From a bacterium (lineage in GTDB: Bacteria > JAAXHH01): a DNA stretch of 64,000 nt. A model generated the notes under the pieces. It worked only from the letters and a program-made list of their open reading frames with translations, was not told where the DNA came from and made no database searches. This document shows positions 57,278 to 64,000 of the stretch, one piece after another; position 1 is the first letter of the stretch; every line of letters starts with the position of its first letter. A program made the translations under genes and the position numbers. The stretch is taken from contig OZ253560.1 of assembly GCA_965262815.1 (NCBI GenBank), forward strand, positions 1,715,287-1,779,286, given 5' to 3'.

Positions 57278-58374
57278 CAGAACGACCTTCCGATCAGGTA
57301 TTCCGCCCAGTTGACCAGGTATCCCTTATAAGAAGAGTCGGGAATCGCGTCGAGATTTCGAATGGCATCGGCCACGCGTTGCTCCATGAGCGATCGGGCG
57401 TATTCAAGACCACCGTGTTTCAGGATAAGCTCCCGCACCTCTCCGATCTGTTCGTCCGTCGCCCCCGGCTTTCCGACTACATCGAGTATAAACCGCTTTT
57501 CGGCGTCCGAAGCCCGGTGGTAGGTGTGTATAAGCAGCAGTGTGCGCTTCCCTTCCCGGAGATCGGAACACACCGGTTTGCCGAGCGTGGCCTCGTCGGC
57601 CGTGAGGCCCAGGATATCGTCCTGTAGTTGAAAGGCCACGCCGCATTTACCCGTAAAAGAAGAAATCGCCCGTACCATGGGGTGGTTGCGGTCCGGCGTA
57701 TTCAGGCCGATCATGGCGCCGGCGGCGCCGGCGAACGCGTAGAGCGTACCGGTTTTACGCCAGAACATGGCGGTCACGGCCTCTTCGTCCAGGCTGTCCA
57801 TGGGCGCCTTGGCATACTGAATGTCCAGCGCCTGGCCACCGACGAGGGCCAGCAGGACGTCCGTTTCCAGGTACCGGATCAGTTCGATCACCATCTCGCC
57901 GTTGCCCGCGTCCGCGTCGTACAGTTCGGACAGGAGCGAGATCGCCCACCCGTGCTGTACCTCGCCCGTCATGATTCCGATGGACAGTCCGTAGTGGCAG
58001 GCTTCCGCTTCATCAAAGTCCTTCGTGGCCAGCGCTCGTTGCCGAAACTCCTCGTGAACGGTGCGCGCCCCGCGCCGTAGCGTGTCCCGGTCCATGATAT
58101 CGTCATGGACTATGGTCCAGGTGTGGAACAGTTCAATCGCGACGGCCGCGGGGGTTGCCATCGGCTCCTCCCCGCCGACGGCGCCGCAGGAAAAATACAG
58201 TACGCAGGGACGGAGTACCTTTCCCGACGCCCGAAGGTAGCTGTACACCCCGTCATGTATGTCCCGGGGGATGAAAAGCGTTTTCCTGTGGTCCCGTTCC
58301 AGGAAATCGGTCACCCATTCCTTGCGCACCGCCAGGGCTTCCAGAAATGCCTGATGTTCAGTGGTGGTTGTCAT
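57277..58374 (-). CDS. ispA: Polyprenyl diphosphate synthase (farnesyl/geranylgeranyl diphosphate synthase family)
   Basis: First and second Asp-rich motifs (IVHDDIMDRD and FQLQDDILG). Confidence 0.85.
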   Translation of the reverse strand: MTTTTEHQAFLEALAVRKEWVTDFLERDHRKTLFIPRDIHDGVYSYLRASGKVLRPCVLYFSCGAVGGEEPMATPAAVAIELFHTWTIVHDDIMDRDTLRRGARTVHEEFRQRALATKDFDEAEACHYGLSIGIMTGEVQHGWAISLLSELYDADAGNGEMVIELIRYLETDVLLALVGGQALDIQYAKAPMDSLDEEAVTAMFWRKTGTLYAFAGAAGAMIGLNTPDRNHPMVRAISSFTGKCGVAFQLQDDILGLTADEATLGKPVCSDLREGKRTLLLIHTYHRASDAEKRFILDVVGKPGATDEQIGEVRELILKHGGLEYARSLMEQRVADAIRNLDAIPDSSYKGYLVNWAEYLIGRSF

Positions 58375-58376
58375 GA

Positions 58377-58652
58377 TCAGAATTTAAGATCGTCGTCCTG
58401 GCCGGCTGTTGACTCTGGTTCCAGAGGTTCGATTACGAACCGGCCATTCTCCACTCGGACCAGCTTCCGCACCCGTTCGTCCGCCGCGTTCAACTGTCCC
58501 GTGCAGATCCGGGAGAGTTCGATGCCTTCCTGGAACAGGGCAAGCGATTCATCCAACGGAAGATCGCCCCTTTCCATGCGTTCAACGATATGCTCCAGAC
58601 GCTTCAATGCTTCCTCGAAGGTCGGCCCTTCCTTTTCATTCATCGCGGTCAT
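58377..58652 (-). CDS. xseB: Exodeoxyribonuclease VII small subunit
   Basis: 91 aa. FEEALKRLEHIVERMERGDLPLDESLALFQEGIELSRIC. Confidence 0.9.
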   Translation of the reverse strand: MTAMNEKEGPTFEEALKRLEHIVERMERGDLPLDESLALFQEGIELSRICTGQLNAADERVRKLVRVENGRFVIEPLEPESTAGQDDDLKF

Positions 58653-59971
58653 CCCTGTGATTGCTTGTGATTCTTGGGGTTGGACTCATCGAAGAGGCTG
58701 AAGGAAGCCGCCTCTTCCCTTTGAGGTTTCTTACGAGAGGAAAGCGGTACCGGTGCCGATTTGCCTCGCAAGTGTTCCACGCGGCAGAGCGCTTCGCCTT
58801 CGTGTAACCGTACGTTCACGCGGTCGTCGACCCGGAGGTCTTCCGCGCTGTGGATTATTTTGCCATCGGAGGCGCTGTGACAGACCGCGTAACCCCGTTC
58901 CAGGACGGAGAGGGGACTGAGGGCCTGCAGTCTACCTGCCAGGCTGCCCACGAGCTGGCTGCGCGTGTCATGGGCATGGACGTGCCGGTCGATCAGACGG
59001 CGGGTCAGTTCATCGGTAAACTGGGCGTACTGCGCGATCTGGTCGACGGGCCGGCGAAATCCGTAGCTGGAGACCAGCGTGGCTACACGTTGACGGTTCC
59101 GGTCCATGTACCCGGCCATGCTTCCGCACAGACGCTTCATGGATCCATCCAGCCGTTCCGTCAGTTCCCGCAGGTCGCGAACGACGATTTCGGCCGCGCC
59201 CGAAGGTGTAGGAGCCCGGTGGTCGGCCACGAAATCGGACAGGGTAAAGTCCGTTTCATGTCCCACGGCCGAAACCACGGGAATCCGGGACTTGAAAATG
59301 GCCCGGACCACCGCCTCTTCGTTGAAAGCCCACAGGTCTTCCACCGAACCGCCGCCTCGACCGACGATCAGCACGTCTACCTCGCCGTATGCGTTCATCT
59401 CTTCGATGGCTTGCGCGATTTCAGCCGCGGCGCCTTCTCCCTGCACGGGCGTGGGTCTCAGGATGATCGATACCCAGGGCGCCCTTCGACGCAGAACCTG
59501 TATGATGTCGCGGATCGCCGCTCCTGAACCGGAAGTAATCACTCCCACGCGATCCGGAAAGGAAGGCAGCGCCTGCTTGTGTTCCTCCAGGAACAGCCCC
59601 TCTTGCTCGAGCAGCGATTTCAGCCGTTCAAAGGCTGCCTGCAGCGCGCCTGCGCCGACGGGCTTCAGCCGCTGGGCAACCAGCTGGTATTGACCCTGCA
59701 CTTCGTAGACGGAAAGGACACCCTGGGCAATCACTTCCATGCCGTCCTCGGGCTCGAAGGTAAGTTTCCGGTTGGCCGTACGCCACATGACGCAGCGCAA
59801 CTGGCTGCGGTCATCCTTCAGGGAAAAGTAGGCATGACCGGAGGAGTGCCGTTTGTAATTGGAGATTTCACCCGAGACCGATAGGTAGGCAAAGGCCTCT
59901 TCGAGCAGCGTTTTAATCCCCGCGGTCAGTTCGGTAACGGTAAGGATTGTGGTGTCGGCATCAGTCCCCAA
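58649..59971 (-). CDS. xseA: Exodeoxyribonuclease VII large subunit
   Basis: N-terminal OB fold (SVSGEISNYKRHSSGHAYFSLKD) and catalytic core. 440 aa. Overlaps xseB by 4 nt. Confidence 0.92.
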   Translation of the reverse strand: MGTDADTTILTVTELTAGIKTLLEEAFAYLSVSGEISNYKRHSSGHAYFSLKDDRSQLRCVMWRTANRKLTFEPEDGMEVIAQGVLSVYEVQGQYQLVAQRLKPVGAGALQAAFERLKSLLEQEGLFLEEHKQALPSFPDRVGVITSGSGAAIRDIIQVLRRRAPWVSIILRPTPVQGEGAAAEIAQAIEEMNAYGEVDVLIVGRGGGSVEDLWAFNEEAVVRAIFKSRIPVVSAVGHETDFTLSDFVADHRAPTPSGAAEIVVRDLRELTERLDGSMKRLCGSMAGYMDRNRQRVATLVSSYGFRRPVDQIAQYAQFTDELTRRLIDRHVHAHDTRSQLVGSLAGRLQALSPLSVLERGYAVCHSASDGKIIHSAEDLRVDDRVNVRLHEGEALCRVEHLRGKSAPVPLSSRKKPQREEAASFSLFDESNPKNHKQSQG

Positions 59972-60010
59972 GCCTGGTTTCCTCCCCTGCCCATGTCGTC
60001 GACCGTGCCG

Positions 60011-61588
60011 TTACTTTGCGATTTCGACCGCACGGGTCTGCCGGATGACGGTTACCTTGATTTGACCCGAGTATTCCATCTTGACCTGGATTTTACGTGC
60101 GATTTCGGTGGCGAGTTGCACCGCCCGGAGGTCGTCCACTTCTTCGTGATCGATCATGACCCGGACTTCTTTTCCGGCTTTCATCACGAAGGCGCTGGAT
60201 ACGCCCTCAAAGGAACTCACCAGCTTTTCCATTTCCCGGAGTCGACTTACGAATTTCTCCAGCGGCTCCCGGAGTGCGCCGGGCCTGGACACGGAGAGGG
60301 CGTCGGCGGTTTTCACCACCACGGCCATGGGGCCGGCCTCTTCCAGGTTCTCGTGGGCAAAGTCTATACATTCCAGTACTTGGGGCGGTTCGCCGTACTT
60401 TTCAGCCGCCGACCTGCCCAGTTCGCCATGGGCGCCTTCCGGTCCGCCTTCCACGGCCTTGCCGATGTCGTGGAAAAGCCCGCAACGCTTGGCCATGGTG
60501 ACGTCCATCTCCAGTTCCTGGGCTATCAGACCCGACAGTTCCGCCACCTCGCGGCTGTGATGCAGTGCGTTCTGTCCACAGGTCATACGGTACTTCAGCT
60601 GGCCGAGCAGCATGGCCAACTCGGGGCGGACGCCGGTTACGCCCAGGTCGAACAGTACCTGGTCTCCCGTCTCCTGGATCAGGTCGCCGATTTCTTCCTG
60701 GGTCTTGGCGACTACCTGCTCGATGAAACCGGGGTGTATTCGGCCGTCCTGGATCAACTTCTCCATGGAGAGCTTCGCGATTTCGCGGCGCATGGGATTG
60801 AAACCGGAGAGGACGACGGCGTTGGGCGTATCGTCGACGATGACATCGATCCCGGTTGTCATTTCGAACGCCTGGATATTCCGCCCATCGCGCCCGATGA
60901 TGCGGCCTTTCATTTCATTGTCGGGCAGCGAAATAACCGATGTCGTCGTTTCCGTCACGTGATCCAGCGTGTATTTCTGCATCGCGTGCGTGATGATTTC
61001 CCGGGCCTCGACCTGTGCGTTCTGGCGGGCTTCTTCAACGATGCTTCGCGCCTGTTGACCCGCTTCGGTGCGGATACGGGCATCGATATTGCTAAACAGG
61101 GACCGCCTCGCCTCTTCGGTTGTCATGCCTGCGGACTGTTCCAGCTGTTCGGTCTGCTGCTTGACCAGGCGATCCAGTCGTTCTTCTTCTTCCGCGATTT
61201 TCTCGTCCCGCTCCTGCAACGACCGCAGTTGACTCTGGATCCCGCGTTCCCGCTTGGCTACATAGTCGGCCTTGCGCTCGATATTCTGTTCCCTGATCGC
61301 GATCCGTTTTTCCGCCCGCTGGAATTCCTGTCGGGCCTTGTTGCTCTCACGCTCGAATTTCACCTTGGCCTGATAGGATTCCTCCTCCGTTTCGATCCTG
61401 GCCGTCTTCTTTATCGTTTCAGATTCTTCCACCGCCTCTGCTAGGATGCTCTCAGCCAAACGCTCCGCACTGTCAGACTTACGTTTTTCGACACGCTTTC
61501 GAACGTACCAACCGACGAGAAACATGATCAGGGCGGTGCCGGCATAGAGACTTATCGTCACAACCATAGTGGCAGCCACCTTCTGCAA
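60011..61588 (-). CDS. rny: Ribonuclease Y
   Basis: N-terminal TM helix, coiled coil, KH domain (GRIIGRDGRNIQAFE), HD domain (LFHDIGK). 525 aa. Confidence 0.93.
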   Translation of the reverse strand: MQKVAATMVVTISLYAGTALIMFLVGWYVRKRVEKRKSDSAERLAESILAEAVEESETIKKTARIETEEESYQAKVKFERESNKARQEFQRAEKRIAIREQNIERKADYVAKRERGIQSQLRSLQERDEKIAEEEERLDRLVKQQTEQLEQSAGMTTEEARRSLFSNIDARIRTEAGQQARSIVEEARQNAQVEAREIITHAMQKYTLDHVTETTTSVISLPDNEMKGRIIGRDGRNIQAFEMTTGIDVIVDDTPNAVVLSGFNPMRREIAKLSMEKLIQDGRIHPGFIEQVVAKTQEEIGDLIQETGDQVLFDLGVTGVRPELAMLLGQLKYRMTCGQNALHHSREVAELSGLIAQELEMDVTMAKRCGLFHDIGKAVEGGPEGAHGELGRSAAEKYGEPPQVLECIDFAHENLEEAGPMAVVVKTADALSVSRPGALREPLEKFVSRLREMEKLVSSFEGVSSAFVMKAGKEVRVMIDHEEVDDLRAVQLATEIARKIQVKMEYSGQIKVTVIRQTRAVEIAK

Positions 61589-61660
61589 TAGTGGTTTTGA
61601 AACCGGTCATGGCTCGTTCCTCAACTGGGTCAAACGCCCGTTTTCGATCTGCTTTCATGT

Positions 61661-61972
61661 TCAGGAATCGAGGTTTTCCAGCAATTCGTCCATGCGCCGG
61701 ATCAGGTCCGTGATCCGATCGTCCTGCATGGACTCCGATACAACCTGTTCTTTCTTTTGCGCTCGTTCTTTGTGCAACTCATCGGCGATCCTGATCGCCG
61801 TGAGGACGGCCACGCTGGTGAGGGACTGCATGGTCACGCTGACAGGCACCTCGCGCATGCGCTCGTCGACGTATGCGGCGATCCGCTGAATGTACTCGGC
61901 TTCCTCTTCCGCCTGTATAGGATACTCGGTACCACAGATGTTGACCCGAACCGTAACTTTTGAGTCATCCAT
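61661..61972 (-). CDS. zapA: Cell division protein ZapA
   Basis: Roughly 100 aa. VTVRVNICGTEYPIQAEEEAEYIQRIAAYVDERMRE is typical of ZapA. The start is taken at MDDSKV. Confidence 0.8.
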   Translation of the reverse strand: MDDSKVTVRVNICGTEYPIQAEEEAEYIQRIAAYVDERMREVPVSVTMQSLTSVAVLTAIRIADELHKERAQKKEQVVSESMQDDRITDLIRRMDELLENLDS

Positions 61973-62200
61973 AATGTGTTCATCCCCGTAAGTAGCCGAT
62001 GCCTGAATCGGGCGCGATACGAACGACAATTACCGGTCCGTTTTCTCCTCTTGAAGCCTGCGTCGAGATCCCGCTGCCGGTCCCCGACCGACGCATACCC
62101 GCGGGTTCAAACTGGATGCCAGGGAGCCGTTGATTCACAGGCAACCGGCTCACTCGAGACGGACGGCCGTGAATGACTGGAAGAACAAAAGGGGCAGATC

Positions 62201-62464
62201 TTACTCGATGACGTCGAGCCGGGACAGCATGGTGTCAATGCGCGCCTTGATGTCGTCCTGCTTGACGCGCAACTCCTGATTTTCCTGTTCCAGCTCTTCT
62301 TTCGAGGTGGTCGACTGCTCCTGGACGCGCTGCAGGTCCTGAACCTGTGATTCCAGGTTCTGGTTCTGGTTGCGCAGTTCCGTGTTTTCGTCCTTCAGTC
62401 GCTGAATCAGGTCAATCATCGTTTCAATACGGTTCAACAACAGCTCTATGGATTGCTCTTGCAT
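62201..62464 (-). CDS. Small coiled-coil protein, ZapB-like
   Basis: 87 aa, all coiled coil (LLLNRIETMIDLIQRLKDENTELRNQNQNLESQVQDL...). Located upstream of zapA. Confidence 0.5.
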   Translation of the reverse strand: MQEQSIELLLNRIETMIDLIQRLKDENTELRNQNQNLESQVQDLQRVQEQSTTSKEELEQENQELRVKQDDIKARIDTMLSRLDVIE

Positions 62465-62505
62465 AAATCCCTCCGCTGGAGTGGTTCTTGCGCGCCTCTA
62501 CGGAG

Positions 62506-63999
62506 CTATGCACGAAGTTCCGCCCGGTACCGCTTTACCAGTCGGCGCAGCACCTTATCCTGAAGCGAAGAAACCTCGGCGTCCGTCAGCGTTCGTTCAT
62601 CGGATCGAAATCGCAGGGCGTACGCCATGCTCTTCCGGTCAGCGGCTATCTGCTCTCCGCGATACACGTCAAACAATTCGACGGCCTCCAGCAGGTCGCC
62701 GCAACACGTGCGTATTTCTTCCAGTATGTCCCGATGAGAAACTTCATCGGGTACGACAATTGCCAAATCTCTTTCAACCGCCGGGTACTTCGGCGGCGAA
62801 TGATAGGTCCTTCGTTCAGATGCACGACCGAACAAGACCCCGCAGTCGATCAAGCCCATCAACACGGGCTCCCGGATCTCGTACCGGTCAAGGACCCGGT
62901 GCGCTACGAAGCCGAAACGACCGATCGGCAGACCGTCCGCGCGTAGTTCACCGACCCGGTTTACGTCGAACAGTGGGTCGTCTTTATCATACGGGACTGT
63001 TTCAACCCTGTCAAGTCCTAACCGCCCCAGCAGCGCTTCGGCCAGACCCTTCAAATCGAAGAAGTCAAAAGCCCCTGGAGACCCGTCCCAGTGGGGGCGG
63101 TGGCGTTGTCCCGTGACAGATATGCAAAGGTGAACGGGCTCGTCGGGAAGGTCGCCGGGTTTTGGCCAGAACACCCGGCCGACTTCGAATACACGGATGT
63201 CACGCACTTTTCGATTGGCGTTCCAGCGTATGACGTTCAACACGGATGCCGCAAGATTCGTGCGCATGGCCGACAGATCCGGACTCAGGGGATTGTCGAC
63301 CAGCAGGCTGGGTTGGGCGGGATCTATTAGTTCGTTCAGATCGGGGTGTACGAAACTGTGGGTAACCACTTCCGTGAAACCAAATCCGGCCATCGTATCG
63401 CGCAGCCGCTGCTGGTCGTCCTGATGATCGCGGCGGACCCTTTCCCTTTCCCGGGCCTCGGGCGACTCGTCGTGTTTGGGCGAGGAAGTGACGGGTTCGA
63501 TCCGGTCGTATCCATGAAGACGGGCGACCTCCTCGATCAGGTCCACTTCGCGGGATATATCCCTTCGGAAAGAAGGCACCCGGACTGCGAGATCGCTGTT
63601 TTCGGTCTGAACTTCAAACTTCAGGTTCCGCAGCAATGCGGCGATTTCGTCACGGTCTATACTTGTACCCAGCAACCCGTTTACGCGGTTCGTTCTAAGC
63701 TGGATGACCGAATCCGGTTCGGCCGGCGTTCGGACGTCGATCCCGCCCGTGGCCACCGTGCCCCCGGCCACCTCGGCAATCAGCGCCGCGGCCCGGGTAA
63801 CGGCCTTTCCCTGCAATTCCGGATCCATGCCCCGCTCAAACCGCCGGGACGCGTCCGTCGGCAGCTGCAACGCCTTCGAACCGCGCCGTACCCGTACCGC
63901 GTCGAAACAGGCGCCCTCCAGGAACACCCGGTCGGTATCGGCTGTGATCTCGGTGTTCAAACCGCCCATCACGCCGCCGACCCCGATGCCCCTTTCATG
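62506..63999 (-). CDS. pheT: Phenylalanine--tRNA ligase beta subunit, C-terminal part (N-terminal part beyond window end)
   Basis: B3/B4 region, B5, and C-terminal FDX-ACB-like regions (EVDLIEEVARLHGYDRI; FEVGRVF). The ORF is open to the window edge. Confidence 0.88.
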   Translation of the reverse strand, partial: HERGIGVGGVMGGLNTEITADTDRVFLEGACFDAVRVRRGSKALQLPTDASRRFERGMDPELQGKAVTRAAALIAEVAGGTVATGGIDVRTPAEPDSVIQLRTNRVNGLLGTSIDRDEIAALLRNLKFEVQTENSDLAVRVPSFRRDISREVDLIEEVARLHGYDRIEPVTSSPKHDESPEARERERVRRDHQDDQQRLRDTMAGFGFTEVVTHSFVHPDLNELIDPAQPSLLVDNPLSPDLSAMRTNLAASVLNVIRWNANRKVRDIRVFEVGRVFWPKPGDLPDEPVHLCISVTGQRHRPHWDGSPGAFDFFDLKGLAEALLGRLGLDRVETVPYDKDDPLFDVNRVGELRADGLPIGRFGFVAHRVLDRYEIREPVLMGLIDCGVLFGRASERRTYHSPPKYPAVERDLAIVVPDEVSHRDILEEIRTCCGDLLEAVELFDVYRGEQIAADRKSMAYALRFRSDERTLTDAEVSSLQDKVLRRLVKRYRAELRA

Positions 64000-64000
64000 A

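Noticed and set aside
59993-61444. 483-aa plus-strand ORF
   Set aside because: It is antisense to rny, whose KH and HD domains are clear.
62030-62200. Possible 6S RNA (ssrS) near zapA by analogy with E. coli
   Set aside because: The spacer is upstream rather than downstream of zapA, and I cannot see the characteristic long imperfect hairpin with a central bubble. It is kept only as a low-interest unexplained spacer.
1-64000. Mobile elements, CRISPR arrays, tRNA/rRNA genes
   Set aside because: I found no transposase, integrase or recombinase-like ORFs, no short direct-repeat arrays, and no tRNA-like cloverleaf signatures (GTTCRANYC T-loop) in the few intergenic regions long enough to hold one. 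The window appears to be core chromosome.

Overview
This is a 64 kb, GC-rich (roughly 60-65% by eye) bacterial chromosomal segment, densely packed with housekeeping genes. I found no transposases, integrases, CRISPR arrays or phage genes. An S8 protease carries a type-IX-secretion C-terminal sorting domain, the primary-like sigma-70 factor is short and lacks region 1.1, and BamD-like and LolA-like genes are present. Together these point to a diderm of the FCB-superphylum / Rhodothermaeota / Gemmatimonadetes type (inference). The first ~47 kb holds mixed-strand operons: guaA (5'-truncated), smc-coaE, nadD-bamD-rimO-lolA, recJ-meaB-mcm small subunit, a Rieske/cytochrome b/pentaheme cytochrome c operon, tandem sigma-54 activators followed by trxA, ftsY, erpA-mrp-JAMM-xdhC, and purS-purL-purQ. 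The last ~13 kb is a single co-directional minus-strand array: pheT-zapB-zapA-rny-xseA-xseB-ispA-nadK-recN-pgsA-X-PqqD-FtsX-ABC. A bacterial type-A RNase P RNA (rnpB) is clearly present on the minus strand at ~17950-18332. Spurious plus-strand ORFs from the six-frame track overlap it. The most unusual element is an uncharacterised module fused onto the recN-pgsA operon. It consists of a 314-aa Cys/His-rich protein of unknown family, a PqqD/RRE-like peptide-recognition protein, a short 4-TM FtsX-type permease and a MacB/LolD-type ATPase. Other points of interest are two tandem NtrC-type activators with GAFTNA/GAFTDA in place of GAFTGA, a JAMM/MPN metalloprotease inside an Fe-S/Moco maturation operon, a stand-alone FtsK 4-TM domain protein coupled to the T9SS protease, and several palindromes and promoters that recur with TTGACAA-N17 spacing.
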